Shown: positions 1 to 10,721, numbered from the stretch's first letter. The stretch: DNA of 59,905 bases from a bacterium (GCA_030427445.1 JAUIBQ010000005.1:1-59905); one strand, 5' to 3'. Program-made: numbers and translations. Notes: generated from the letters alone by a model not told the origin.

Positions 1-501
1 AGATCTGTCAGATGGTTTAAAGATAAAATGGTGCCTCGTAAAGTAATTGATGATGCTCTTAAAGTTGCACGTCAATCACCTACGGCTTGCAACAGGCTCC
101 CTTATGAATTTAGAATATTCGACGATCCAGAACTAGTAAAAAAAGTATCTAATACTCCTTTTGGAACGGGTGGCTACGCAGATAATATTCCTATCATAGC
201 TGTTGTGGTAGGAAAGTTAGACTCTTACTTTAGTGCACGTGATAGACACGCTATTTACATTGATAGCTCACTTGCAGTTATGAGTTTCGTCTATGCATTA
301 CAGGTTCAAGGTGTATCTACATGCTTAATAAATTGGCCTGACTTTGAACCCTTAGAGCATAAAATGCAAAAATTATTGAAGCTAGACATCAATGAGCGAC
401 CTATCATCCTAGTTGCAATAGGGTATGCCGATGATAAAGAGCTAGTACCTCGTTCAACAAAGAAAGAAATAGATACTATTAGAAGGTTCAATTTTGAATA
501 A
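1..501 (+). CDS. Nitroreductase-family protein (5'-truncated by window edge)
   Basis: Frame is open from base 1 (RSVRWF); contains SPTACNRLP and terminal IGY motifs typical of FMN nitroreductases. Confidence 0.8.
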   Translation, partial: RSVRWFKDKMVPRKVIDDALKVARQSPTACNRLPYEFRIFDDPELVKKVSNTPFGTGGYADNIPIIAVVVGKLDSYFSARDRHAIYIDSSLAVMSFVYALQVQGVSTCLINWPDFEPLEHKMQKLLKLDINERPIILVAIGYADDKELVPRSTKKEIDTIRRFNFE

Positions 502-1432
502 GAAACTCACAAAAAACCTCCTCTCACTGATGGTGCTCCTCTCTGTTGCATATTTTTTTATCGACAGGCTTCGGAGTAATTGGGCGAACATAGAAGCTGA
601 AACAAATTTAACCCCTTCTGTGTGGTCCTTGGCCGCAATATTATTGTTTGTTTCGGCTGTGGTTGTTTCAGGATTATTGTGGAAAAGAGTTTTGCTTTAC
701 GTGGACAGTAATATCGAACTGGATGACATCGAGGCTGTGAGAGTGCACTCAGGGGCATGGCTCCTGAAGTATATACCAGGACAGGCAGGTGCAGTAATGT
801 ATAAAGTTACATGGGCTCAGAAAAATAATTTCAAGAAACAGTCAGCAGTAGTTTCCTTTATATTAGAGAATTTATATCTAACAATCGCGTCACTAGCAAT
901 TCCGTCTATACTACTATTGCTATATGAAGACTACAGGACCTCAGTTCAATTGCTTTTAATTTCTGCTGCTGTTGCATCAATGATATTAGTCTTTAGTTCA
1001 AAGGTATTGTCAAAATTTATAAAGGCAACTTCTTCAAAGATAAAAAAAATAAATATTGAGAATATTGGAAATTACAGCTTTAATCATATAGATACAATAA
1101 AATTTTCACTTATGTATTTAGCACCCAGAGCAATAAACGGTTTAGGGTTTGTCGCTGTAAGTGCTTCATTATTCTCGGCAGGGATAGAGCATACATTACC
1201 CCTCATATCTGCATATACTGTTGCTGGAATAGTCGGCATATATGCGATCTTTGTTCCTAGCGGAATAGGTGTCAGAGAGGCAGTAATAGTTGCTTTAGTG
1301 GGACCAATTATCGGTATAGATCAGGCGATCCTTCTCTCTTTGGTAGCTAGACTATACGCCACTATCTCTGACGGTGTATTAGCCTTAGTTTACTTTATTA
1401 TATATGGCAAAATGAGAGGAATAAAAGCATGA
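494..1432 (+). CDS. Lysylphosphatidylglycerol synthase-TM/UPF0104 flippase-like membrane protein
   Basis: Multi-TM; KYIPG and VPSGIGVRE motifs; polysaccharide cluster context. Confidence 0.75.
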   Translation: MNKKLTKNLLSLMVLLSVAYFFIDRLRSNWANIEAETNLTPSVWSLAAILLFVSAVVVSGLLWKRVLLYVDSNIELDDIEAVRVHSGAWLLKYIPGQAGAVMYKVTWAQKNNFKKQSAVVSFILENLYLTIASLAIPSILLLLYEDYRTSVQLLLISAAVASMILVFSSKVLSKFIKATSSKIKKINIENIGNYSFNHIDTIKFSLMYLAPRAINGLGFVAVSASLFSAGIEHTLPLISAYTVAGIVGIYAIFVPSGIGVREAVIVALVGPIIGIDQAILLSLVARLYATISDGVLALVYFIIYGKMRGIKA

Positions 1433-2631
1433 AATATGTACTTATAGCAGCTACTTTCTCAGGCAACAAAGGTGCAGCCTCTATGCTTGAAGCAGCTATA
1501 CAGACAATTAGCGCGAGAGACACAAAAGCACAATTCAGTGTATTCACGGTGTATCCAGAAGCAGACAAAAGATTTAATTCTTATGAAAATGTAGAAATAT
1601 TTAATGCCAAGCCACTTTATCTTGGGGCTGTAATAAATCCCATGTCTTTACTATATAAAATATTTCCACCTTTACGATTTCTCATCAGAAAAAATAAAGA
1701 AGTAAATGCTCTAGTGAAATCTGATGTATTAGTTGACTTAGGGGGGATCACGTTTGTAAATGGTAGGGAAAAATTCCTTATATATAATGTTGCCACAATT
1801 TTACCCTCATTGATACTTGGGAAGAAGGTAGTGAAGGCTTCTCAAGCTATGGGCCCCTTTTCTGGGATTAATAGAAGGATAGCATGTATATTTTTGCCTA
1901 GAGTGCATTCAATACACGCACGGGGAGCTATCACCCGAGCGTATATAGATACGCTTAAACTAGATAATGTAGTCGATTCAACCGACTATGCTTTTTTACT
2001 AGAGGCCAGTGATGATGAAAAAAATAAGGCCAAAAAGACATTGAAAAAATACGGATTTAACAAAGAACTCGAAAAAGTTGGTTTCATGCCAAGTGAAGTA
2101 ATTTATAAAAAATCCTTAAAATCTGGTAAGGACTACATTGGATTCTGTGTTGCAACAATAGAACAGCTCTTAAAGGATAATAGACAGGTATGGTTAATGG
2201 CTTACAGTGCTCGATCTGGAACAGATGCAAGACATAATAATGACTTACCAGTGTGTAGAGAGATCGCACGAGCAATTGATAGCGAAAATCTAATTTTTAT
2301 AGACGATGAACTTTCCGCTCAGGAACTAAGAATTATAATTGGCAAGATGGATATCATTATAACCTCAAGATTTCATGCAATGATAGCATCATTGAGTACA
2401 GCCACAATCCCCCTTATTATTGGGTGGAGTCATAAATATGCCGAGATAATGAGCATGTTTGATATAGAATTCTTGGCACTTGATTCGAAAGAGCTGGACA
2501 CTAAGAGAACAATGAATTTGGTTCAAAGAGCGTTTGATGAAAGATTAAAACTAAAACAACAGATTTTAAAAACTCTTCCAAAGATTATAAAAAGCGCAGA
2601 CGTACAGGTTCACAGTATTACCGGACAATAG
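1429..2631 (+). CDS. Polysaccharide pyruvyl transferase family protein (WcaK-like)
   Basis: GNKGA, DLGG, SQAMGPF, ARG, TSRFHAMI and WSHKY motifs. Confidence 0.85.
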   Translation: MKYVLIAATFSGNKGAASMLEAAIQTISARDTKAQFSVFTVYPEADKRFNSYENVEIFNAKPLYLGAVINPMSLLYKIFPPLRFLIRKNKEVNALVKSDVLVDLGGITFVNGREKFLIYNVATILPSLILGKKVVKASQAMGPFSGINRRIACIFLPRVHSIHARGAITRAYIDTLKLDNVVDSTDYAFLLEASDDEKNKAKKTLKKYGFNKELEKVGFMPSEVIYKKSLKSGKDYIGFCVATIEQLLKDNRQVWLMAYSARSGTDARHNNDLPVCREIARAIDSENLIFIDDELSAQELRIIIGKMDIIITSRFHAMIASLSTATIPLIIGWSHKYAEIMSMFDIEFLALDSKELDTKRTMNLVQRAFDERLKLKQQILKTLPKIIKSADVQVHSITGQ

Positions 2632-2656
2632 CTAACGTGACTTGTTTTGTTTCAAT

Positions 2657-3598
2657 TTAGGTTAAGGAATTTTTTTTAACTTTTTCTAGGATATTTTCAC
2701 TAATAATTCTATTAGTTTTGATAAGGTCTGCTATCACACCAAGCACACAGAAAAGTAGTCCTGCTGTGAAGAGTGCTACTCCCAGTAGTAGTGATTGGAT
2801 GTGTTGACCTGGATTTTGATCTCCGACTGTGAGAATGAGATATCTCACGAAAGGAATTGCGCTAATTAGTAAAAGTGACAAACCGGGGACGACAAACACC
2901 TTTAGAGGCTCATGCATGAAATAGCTTTTCGCAATAACTCGTCCAGATTTGTACATATGCTGCCAGATGTTTTTAAACAATCTTGATTTACGAGTAGGGG
3001 GATTAGTAGTCACTGGAACAGACGAGATAGCCATCCGTTTACGACCTGCATGAATGATGCTTTCAGTGCAGTAGCTAAATGAGTTTACTATATGCATCTT
3101 GATAGCTGCTTCTTTAGAATAAGCTCTGAAGCCACTGACCGTGTCAGGAACATTTGTGTTAGCTGCTTTATTTACAACCCATGAGCCAAACTGCTGCATC
3201 ATTTTCTTAAATGTACCAAAGTGCGCGATTGTTCCTGTCTGCCGGTCACCAATAACTATATCAGCTTCACCGTCTAAAATTGGTTTCGTGAGTTTAGGGA
3301 TATCAGCTTGAGGATACTGATTGTCTCCGTCTGTGTTTACAATCACATCTGCGCCATGTGCCAATGCGTAGTCAAGCCCATCTGTGAATGACCGTGCTAA
3401 ACCTTGATTCGTTCTGTGATGAACAAAATGCTTCACGCCGAATTTCTTGGCTACTTTTACCGTTTCGTCTGTGGATCCATCATTAATAATTAAGATTTCA
3501 ACGCTTTCAAAACCAGGCACCTTTTTTGGTATCGTTTTAAGCACATCTGGGAGCGTTTCCTCTTCATTTAGACATGGGATTTGTACAAATAATTTCAT
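2657..3598 (-). CDS. Glycosyltransferase family 2 (DPM/GtrB-like) with C-terminal TM helices
   Basis: IPCLNEE, INDGSTD, TDGDNQY and SGFRAY motifs; start moved to MKLFVQ at 3598, directly after the ugd stop. Confidence 0.9.
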   Translation of the reverse strand: MKLFVQIPCLNEEETLPDVLKTIPKKVPGFESVEILIINDGSTDETVKVAKKFGVKHFVHHRTNQGLARSFTDGLDYALAHGADVIVNTDGDNQYPQADIPKLTKPILDGEADIVIGDRQTGTIAHFGTFKKMMQQFGSWVVNKAANTNVPDTVSGFRAYSKEAAIKMHIVNSFSYCTESIIHAGRKRMAISSVPVTTNPPTRKSRLFKNIWQHMYKSGRVIAKSYFMHEPLKVFVVPGLSLLLISAIPFVRYLILTVGDQNPGQHIQSLLLGVALFTAGLLFCVLGVIADLIKTNRIISENILEKVKKNSLT

Positions 3599-3599
3599 T

Positions 3600-4940
3600 T
3601 CAACCTCTTCCAACTCCTATGTATTGTAAACCAGCGCTCTCTATATCTAAAGGGTTCAAGACGTTTTGTGCATCAACTATAAGCGAACCGGCCATTTTTT
3701 TGCTGATATCCTTCCATTTTAGCTCTCTAAACTCTGGCCATTCAGTTGTGATGAGCACAGCGTCTACACCAGTAATGGCTTCATCGACTGAGCTACAGGG
3801 CTTGACTGTCTTCCTGAGATCTTCAGATGCTTCCTCATTTGCTTGGGGGTCATAAGCGCAGACGCTAGCACCTCTCTTATCGAGTATGTTTGCCAGATTA
3901 ACACCAGGAGACCTGCGGGCATCGGACGTACCTGCTTTGAAGGCTAGTCCAAGTACTGCAATCTTTTTACCTTCAAAACTTCCGAGCGCATTTTGAGCTT
4001 TTTCGGCTATGTACCCAGGCATACTAGCATTTATGTCTGTTGCTGCAGTCATAATGGGCATCTCAACACCGTAGTGAGTTGCGCTTGAGATAAGCCCTGA
4101 GACATCTTTCGGGAAACATCCACCACCATAGCCACGACCTGCGTTGAAGAATGCGCGTCCAATTCTACGGTCAGCTCCAACGGCATCCATGACATCAACA
4201 ACATTTGCGCCAGAGGCGTCTGCAAGCTTGGCGATGTTATTTGCGAAAGATATCTTGAGGGCCAAGAAAGCGTTAGCAGTCACTTTTATGAGTTCCGCAC
4301 TTTCTAAATTAGCCTCAATGTATTGTCCAACTGGCGCATTCTCTTTCCATCTATCATCAAGCTCAGCAAGTTTCGCAATATCGTCTCTGTTTTTCTCGAT
4401 ATCTTTATAGACATTTATAACAGCTTTACGCGCCTTTTCACTTGGTCCGCCTACAACAATACGGTCAAAGTACAGCGTGTCTCCGACTGCCGTTCCTTCA
4501 CGAAGAAATTCGGGGTTTGAGGTGTAGTTTTCTGGATGTTTCAGAAGTTTTGATGCTTCTTTGCCCGTACCGACTGGGACGGTACTTTTTTGGACATATA
4601 CTGCATCATCTTGCATGAGTTTTGAGGCTGTTTCTGCGGAAGAGAAAACATAGCTGAGATTAGAGCTCCCGTCTGGATTATCGGGTGTGCCTACACAAGA
4701 GAAAATCACAGAAGACTCTTTCACACCATCGTAATCTGTAGAAGGAATGAGATTTCCATCGTCTACTGCTTTTTTGATAAGTGGATTGATGCCTTCCTCA
4801 TAAAAAAAAGATTTACCGGATTTAAGGACGTCAATTCGCTTAGGGTTGATGTCGATAAGATGGACTTTGTACCCTGCAATTGCTGCAATTGCTGCGGTTG
4901 TCACACCCACATACCCAGACCCAATCACTGAAATTATCAT
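3600..4940 (-). CDS. ugd: UDP-glucose/GDP-mannose 6-dehydrogenase
   Basis: GSGYVG, KSTVPVGT, NPEFLREG, GGGCFPKD and GLAFK motifs. Confidence 0.92.
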   Translation of the reverse strand: MIISVIGSGYVGVTTAAIAAIAGYKVHLIDINPKRIDVLKSGKSFFYEEGINPLIKKAVDDGNLIPSTDYDGVKESSVIFSCVGTPDNPDGSSNLSYVFSSAETASKLMQDDAVYVQKSTVPVGTGKEASKLLKHPENYTSNPEFLREGTAVGDTLYFDRIVVGGPSEKARKAVINVYKDIEKNRDDIAKLAELDDRWKENAPVGQYIEANLESAELIKVTANAFLALKISFANNIAKLADASGANVVDVMDAVGADRRIGRAFFNAGRGYGGGCFPKDVSGLISSATHYGVEMPIMTAATDINASMPGYIAEKAQNALGSFEGKKIAVLGLAFKAGTSDARRSPGVNLANILDKRGASVCAYDPQANEEASEDLRKTVKPCSSVDEAITGVDAVLITTEWPEFRELKWKDISKKMAGSLIVDAQNVLNPLDIESAGLQYIGVGRG

Positions 4941-4991
4941 AATCTATATTTTAACAAAATTGGATGAAGGGTTTGGTATAGTAGAGGTACT

Positions 4992-6044
4992 ATGATTGTA
5001 TGCATTATTGCGGGGGGTAGTGGGACAAGGCTATGGCCTCTATCTACTTCCGAGTACCCAAAACACTTATTAAAAGTAAATGGTGACGATAGTTCACTAT
5101 TACAAAATACATATAAACGAGCGAAAGAAATAGCAGACCATGTGTATGTTGTTACAGAAATGGGGCATGCCCACCACATCAAAAATCAGCTACCTGAACT
5201 CACAGATGACAATTTTGTAGTAGAGCCTGCAAGACGAGGTACAGCTAGCTGTATTGTCGCAGCGTTAGCTCATGTATCTAAGCGTCATGATAAAGAAGAG
5301 CCTGTGGCGATTCTATCTGCAGATCACTACATTAGAGACCTTGTTGGCTTTACACATAGTTTTCGTATAGCCGAGGATGTTTCAAAGAGTGAAGGCAGAA
5401 TAGTATTAGTTGGAGTAGAACCTGATCATCCTGCAACAGGATTTGGATATATCCAGAAGGATGGTATTTTTGATGAAGATAGCCTTGTGTACAATGTACA
5501 CTCGTTTAGAGAAAAACCAGACTATGACACAGCAAGGTCTTATGTAAAAAGTGGTAAATACTTATGGAACTGTGGCTACTTCGTCGGCTCAGTAAAGACA
5601 TTTACTGAAAAAATGAAAGAGCACTCAGAAGAGCTTTTCTCTAATTTTAAAAAACTCTCTGACGCAAGCGATGATTCATACAGAGATGTATATTTGGCAT
5701 TTGAGAACGATACAATCGATTATGCATTGATTGAAAAAGTTGATGATCTTTTGGTGGTTCCAGCGAGTTTTGACTGGATGGACTTGGGATCTTACGGTGA
5801 TCTTCATAAAGCTGTAGGTGCCGATGAAAAAGGCAACTATGTTGGAAAAGGCAATGTTGAGCTTGAGGACGTAGATAACTGTTATATAGAAAATCACGAA
5901 GATAAGCCTGTCGCAGTTGTGGGCCTCGATAATGTTGTCGTCATAAACACCAAAGACGGAATTTTAGTAGCACGAAAAGACCTAGGCCAACAAGTCGGGG
6001 TTGTCGCGAAGCGTATAGCAAAGAAAGGTGAAGAAAGTGCCTAA
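4992..6044 (+). CDS. manC: Mannose-1-phosphate guanylyltransferase (no fused cupin PMI domain)
   Basis: AGGSGTRLWPLS, EPARRGT, SADHYI, TGFGYI, FREKP and WMDLGS motifs. Confidence 0.9.
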   Translation: MIVCIIAGGSGTRLWPLSTSEYPKHLLKVNGDDSSLLQNTYKRAKEIADHVYVVTEMGHAHHIKNQLPELTDDNFVVEPARRGTASCIVAALAHVSKRHDKEEPVAILSADHYIRDLVGFTHSFRIAEDVSKSEGRIVLVGVEPDHPATGFGYIQKDGIFDEDSLVYNVHSFREKPDYDTARSYVKSGKYLWNCGYFVGSVKTFTEKMKEHSEELFSNFKKLSDASDDSYRDVYLAFENDTIDYALIEKVDDLLVVPASFDWMDLGSYGDLHKAVGADEKGNYVGKGNVELEDVDNCYIENHEDKPVAVVGLDNVVVINTKDGILVARKDLGQQVGVVAKRIAKKGEESA

Positions 6045-6795
6045 GCAGGTTATAGCATTTGATCTTGATGACACATTAGCAATATCCAAAGGTGCAGTTA
6101 CTGATAGAATGGCTGAACTTTTGTCGAAATTACTTAGACACAAACAGGTCTGTATTATTTCTGGCGGTAAGTTTGAGCAGTTTTTAACTCAAGTTATTGA
6201 AAGACTTGAAGTTGAAAGACATTATCTCCTTAATCTACATGTTTTACCAACCTGTGGAACTCGTTATTACCAGTATGATGACGCGAAGCAAGAATGGAAA
6301 CCGATATACAAAGAAGATTTGCCTGATGACAAAAAAGAAAAAATATTGAACGTACTGGAGTCGAGTGCAAAAAAACTAGGTATTTGGAGAGAAAAAACCT
6401 GGGGGCCAATCATTGAAGATCGACTCAGCCAGATTACGTACTCAGCTCTCGGCCAACAAGCACCACCAGACGAAAAGTATAAGTGGGCTGAAGAAAATGC
6501 AGACTTAAAAAAAGAATTTCGTAATGAGTTAGCTGAACTACTCCCTGATTTGGAAGTGCGTCTTGGAGGCTCCACATCCGTAGACATTACATTGCCTGGT
6601 ATTGATAAAGCCTACGGCATGAAGAAGTTGATGGCAGAACTTGAAGTTGGAATAGATGACATCTTATTTGTAGGTGACAAGCTTGAAGAAGGCGGGAACG
6701 ACTATCCTGTAAAAGCACTTGGCATAGACACTATAGCAGTAGAAAAGTGGGAAGATACACAGTTTGTAATAGAAACACTTAACAAAGTCGGGTAA
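6028..6795 (+). CDS. HAD-IIB phosphomannomutase (eukaryotic PMM-like)
   Basis: FDLDDTL, ISGG, EDRLSQIT, GGSTSVD and GDKLEEGGND motifs. Confidence 0.85.
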   Translation: MKKVPKQVIAFDLDDTLAISKGAVTDRMAELLSKLLRHKQVCIISGGKFEQFLTQVIERLEVERHYLLNLHVLPTCGTRYYQYDDAKQEWKPIYKEDLPDDKKEKILNVLESSAKKLGIWREKTWGPIIEDRLSQITYSALGQQAPPDEKYKWAEENADLKKEFRNELAELLPDLEVRLGGSTSVDITLPGIDKAYGMKKLMAELEVGIDDILFVGDKLEEGGNDYPVKALGIDTIAVEKWEDTQFVIETLNKVG

Positions 6796-6800
6796 GTTGT

Positions 6801-7304
6801 ATGACTAAAGAAGAAGTATTAAAACAAGTTAAAAAAGAGCTTGTGATGGCTAAGAAATACACATTAGCTGATGTCGATGAGCTTAAGCCCTGGGGTGCTT
6901 ACTATCGACTTGCAGACGAACACGCCGAACAATTTGTTGCAGAGTATTTCCCTGGACGAACCGTAGAAGAACTAGGTCAAGGTGGCAGTCTGAGTCCAAA
7001 GTTTCTTATATTTGAGCCAGGTAAAAAACTCAGCTTTCAATACCATCACAGAAGAGCGGAGATATGGCGAGTTATTTCAGGCAGATTGACGGCTACAATA
7101 ACCGATAAAGATGAGGAAGGTGAATATACGACATACACAGCTGGAGACGAACTGTCATACGGTGCGGAAATGCGCCATCGTGCTGGTGCTCCAGAAGATG
7201 GAGAATGGTGTGTTGTTGCAGAGATTTGGCAACACACTGATCAAGAAAATCCGACAGATGAATCGGACATAGTTCGCTTAGTCGATGATTTTGGGAGGGC
7301 CTAA
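6801..7304 (+). CDS. Stand-alone cupin, type II mannose-6-phosphate isomerase C-terminal-like
   Basis: KPWG, LSFQYHHRRAEIW and DIVRLVDDFGR match the ManC C-terminal cupin. Confidence 0.8.
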   Translation: MTKEEVLKQVKKELVMAKKYTLADVDELKPWGAYYRLADEHAEQFVAEYFPGRTVEELGQGGSLSPKFLIFEPGKKLSFQYHHRRAEIWRVISGRLTATITDKDEEGEYTTYTAGDELSYGAEMRHRAGAPEDGEWCVVAEIWQHTDQENPTDESDIVRLVDDFGRA

Positions 7305-7305
7305 T

Positions 7306-8244
7306 ATGACAACAGACTCATTACTTACTTTACGTACTTTCACTGAAGATAATATGCCTACACTTGATGTTGTGACTTTGGGTGCACTTGAGTTGCTTTC
7401 TCAAAAGAACCTACCAAAGCTCGACATACCATATAAGCATCCAATCGTTGTCGGCTCAGGCAATGCGGAAGTAGCGGGAAGGATTATATTTGAGAGCGTT
7501 GATGCAATATTTGCCTCAGAGAGCACAGTAGACGCAAAGCTGGAGATAGAATCAGTCGATGGCGTAGTGCTTTTGTCTGCTTCAGGTAGTAAACACGCAC
7601 CAATTATCGCTAACAAAGCAAGAGAGAAGGGACTTCCTGTAACTTTAGTCACAAATAACGAAGAAAACCCTACGAAAGAGGCAATGGCAGATTACAGTGG
7701 ATACGCGCAATTTGTGTACCCGAAAAATAGGGAACCGTATACTTACAACACTTCGACATATATGGGTATGATTTTAGGGGGCAGTGGTGAGAGTGCATCG
7801 GAAATCGAAGCATTTATTGAAGAGTACATCTCCACGATAACCTTCCCTGATTTTAGTCAGTATCAAAAATATTACCTCATTGTTCCTCCGCACTTCTCAG
7901 GCATCACATCGATGTTACAAACGAAATTCATTGAGCTTTTTGGCCGTGAAATTGCTCGAGATGTAAGCACCTCTGAACTTATGAAGCATGCTACCACTGT
8001 CGTACCCTCTAAAGAATTATTTATCTCATTTGGTGATGTTGAGAACGTTTGGGGTGAGCCTGAAGATAGGTTACACATACCTCTCCCTAACGCTGCAGGC
8101 TACGGTGCTATGATGGCGATAGGGTATTACGTTATAGGACAGATCCAAAAAGAGTATAGTCACTATTTCCAAGACAATATTGTAGAGTATTGCAAACGTG
8201 CCTCTGAGTCGTTTAGGTCTTCAATATCACCAATAGTTGAGTGA
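7306..8244 (+). CDS. SIS-domain sugar isomerase-like protein
   Basis: VGSGNA, LSASG and KH motifs of the SIS fold; start placed at MTTDS just after the cupin stop. Confidence 0.6.
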   Translation: MTTDSLLTLRTFTEDNMPTLDVVTLGALELLSQKNLPKLDIPYKHPIVVGSGNAEVAGRIIFESVDAIFASESTVDAKLEIESVDGVVLLSASGSKHAPIIANKAREKGLPVTLVTNNEENPTKEAMADYSGYAQFVYPKNREPYTYNTSTYMGMILGGSGESASEIEAFIEEYISTITFPDFSQYQKYYLIVPPHFSGITSMLQTKFIELFGREIARDVSTSELMKHATTVVPSKELFISFGDVENVWGEPEDRLHIPLPNAAGYGAMMAIGYYVIGQIQKEYSHYFQDNIVEYCKRASESFRSSISPIVE

Positions 8245-8289
8245 TTTCACGCCGTTTGACCATTTAACTTCTTAGGATTTCACCGCATT

Positions 8290-10113
8290 TTATTCTACAG
8301 TGACTGATTTTGCGAGATTTCTGGGCTTGTCTATATCTCGCCCAAGCTCTTTTGCTGCGTGGTAGGCAAACAAATAGGTGGCTACTGAGCTGAGCAGTGG
8401 TTGAAGTGGTTCGATAGTTTTTGGTATGACGATTATGTCTTGTGCGAGTTTTGCCGATGGCGAGTTCTTGTCGTCTACTAGTGTAACGATTTTGCCGTTG
8501 CGTGCATGAATCTCTTGCATGTTGCTGAAAGATTTTTCATCCATGTCGTTACTGAGAGCGATGGCGAACGTTGGGAAACTTTCATCAATCAATGCGAGTG
8601 GCCCGTGTTTCATCTCGCCACCAGCAAAGCCTTCAGCGTGTATATAGCTAATTTCTTTAATCTTCAACGCGCCTTCCATGGCGACAGGATAGGCGTAGCG
8701 CCGGCCTATGTAGAGGAAATCATTGTGGTGCGCATACTCCTTGGCTATTTTTGCTATGTCTTTTTCTAGTTTTAATACTTCTTCAATTTGCTGTGGGATG
8801 ACATTGAGCGCTTTGACCACTTCAGAAAACTTCGGATAGTTTTTTGCAAGCTTTAGCGCAATTAATACAAACACGGTGACTTGTGCGACGAATGCTTTGG
8901 TGCTGGCAACTGCTTTTTCTGGACCTGCATGACAGTAGACGCCTGCATCTGTCATACGAGCTAGCGTGCTTCCAGGTGCGTTGACGATACCAAGTTTTAA
9001 GATGCCCGAGCCCTCTAGTTTCTTGAGAGCAGCGATAGAGTCTGCTGTTTCACCAGATTGCGAGACAACGAGCACAGCGGTGCTTCGCGAGAGAGGTTCT
9101 TGTCGGTAGCGAAACTCACTAGCTTGTTGCACCTCGACTGGTATGCCGGCAATTTCTTCGAGCAAATATTCACCGACCATACCAGCGTAGTAACTAGTGC
9201 CACACGCTATGATGATGATGCGATCAATGAACTGTAGCTGGTCTTCGACGAGCTCAAGTCCGCCAAGTTTTACGATCTGTTCATCCGCACGCAAACGACC
9301 GAGCATCGCTGAACGTACCGTCGCGGGTGTTTCGTGGATTTCTTTGCTCATAAAGTCAGGGAAGTCGCCCAAGTCGCCGTCTCCGCTATCTATTTCGATA
9401 ACTTCAGTGGCTCGTTCAATAGACTTTTTGGTAGTAATGTCGACGATACGGTAGCCCTCAGTGTTTACGACTGCGATTTCACCGTCTTCTAAGAACACGA
9501 CATCTTGTGTGTGCCCTGCGACAGGTAATGCATCTGAGCCAATAAAAAGCTCATCTTTGCCTACTCCTAGAGCAAGTGGGCTTGAAAGCTTCGCAGCATA
9601 GAGGTTTTCTGAGTCATGTGAACTTAGTAGTACAAGCGCATACGCTCCACGCAGTGTTTGTACCGCTGCCTGGAATGCACTTAGGACGTTGCCTGTTTTT
9701 TGATAATGGAAATGGACAAGGTTTGGCACGACTTCAGTGTCTGTATCGGAGTAGAATTCGTAGCCCTGTTTGCTTAGAAATTCTTTGATCTCCTCGTAGT
9801 TTTCTATGATACCGTTATGAACTACATAAAACTCTTTACTCTTGTCGTGATGTGGGTGAGTATTTCGCTCCAGAACTCCACCATGGGTCGCCCAGCGCGT
9901 ATGGCCGATGCCTACTGAACCATGAACAGGACGTTCAGCCTCTTCTTTACGTAAATGTTCAACCCTGCCAACTGTTTTTGCAGTGCTGATTTTTTCTTTA
10001 TTTAATACAGCGATGCCGGCTGAGTCGTACCCACGATACTCAAGAGTCTCTAAACCATCTAAAAGATAGTCCTTAGCTTCATTTTTACCGATGTATCCTA
10101 CGATTCCACACAT
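8290..10113 (-). CDS. glmS: Glutamine--fructose-6-phosphate aminotransferase
   Basis: MCGIVG, EYRGYDSAG, GHTRWATHG, SQSGETAD and PRNLAKSVTVE motifs. Confidence 0.98.
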   Translation of the reverse strand: MCGIVGYIGKNEAKDYLLDGLETLEYRGYDSAGIAVLNKEKISTAKTVGRVEHLRKEEAERPVHGSVGIGHTRWATHGGVLERNTHPHHDKSKEFYVVHNGIIENYEEIKEFLSKQGYEFYSDTDTEVVPNLVHFHYQKTGNVLSAFQAAVQTLRGAYALVLLSSHDSENLYAAKLSSPLALGVGKDELFIGSDALPVAGHTQDVVFLEDGEIAVVNTEGYRIVDITTKKSIERATEVIEIDSGDGDLGDFPDFMSKEIHETPATVRSAMLGRLRADEQIVKLGGLELVEDQLQFIDRIIIIACGTSYYAGMVGEYLLEEIAGIPVEVQQASEFRYRQEPLSRSTAVLVVSQSGETADSIAALKKLEGSGILKLGIVNAPGSTLARMTDAGVYCHAGPEKAVASTKAFVAQVTVFVLIALKLAKNYPKFSEVVKALNVIPQQIEEVLKLEKDIAKIAKEYAHHNDFLYIGRRYAYPVAMEGALKIKEISYIHAEGFAGGEMKHGPLALIDESFPTFAIALSNDMDEKSFSNMQEIHARNGKIVTLVDDKNSPSAKLAQDIIVIPKTIEPLQPLLSSVATYLFAYHAAKELGRDIDKPRNLAKSVTVE

Positions 10114-10721
10114 TAACTCTTAACTCCTATATTATTTCTTACGCAATTTACTAAAATGAAATGTGTCACGTCTTCAGTTTTTTCGCCCCTATTTCTGTAC
10201 TCGTTAAGAGTGACACGACTTGTTATGTGATTTATGATTGCCTGTTGACCAATTTCTAAAGGGAAAACCAAGAATGCTTGTGCTGATGGGATTTCTCCCA
10301 TGTAAAATCCATTCGGAATGTTACTTAATGCATTAGCCCATCTTGATCGGTGAATTCGAGTGTATTCAGCTCGTTGACTTAGCGCACGTTTTGCGAGGCC
10401 ATAATCCTCTAGCGGTGAAGGTATATCAGACAGTAAAGAATAAGCCGCATCTAATTCTAGCCTACACTCTTTTGGAGCAACATCTTGAACCATCTTGCCA
10501 GCGCTTAAGACAGCATCTACCGAATCAAAGCCTACAATTAGTGCATCTTCTCCTTCATGGGATATAGGTAAATCGCGAATAGCCTCTGGTAATCTACGCG
10601 CGTTAATGTGAGGGGGAACTTCTTCATTGGTCTCAAGCCCCCTAGTAAAAACGTATGATTGACTGCTCATGAATACTTTCTTTATATTTGATGTGAATAA
10701 AGAATACTCAACGAATACCAC
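10113..10721 (-). CDS. Hypothetical protein (start may be 10670)
   Basis: 202-aa ORF; its stop overlaps the glmS start (TAATG); no family recognised. Confidence 0.55.
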   Translation of the reverse strand: MVFVEYSLFTSNIKKVFMSSQSYVFTRGLETNEEVPPHINARRLPEAIRDLPISHEGEDALIVGFDSVDAVLSAGKMVQDVAPKECRLELDAAYSLLSDIPSPLEDYGLAKRALSQRAEYTRIHRSRWANALSNIPNGFYMGEIPSAQAFLVFPLEIGQQAIINHITSRVTLNEYRNRGEKTEDVTHFILVNCVRNNIGVKS

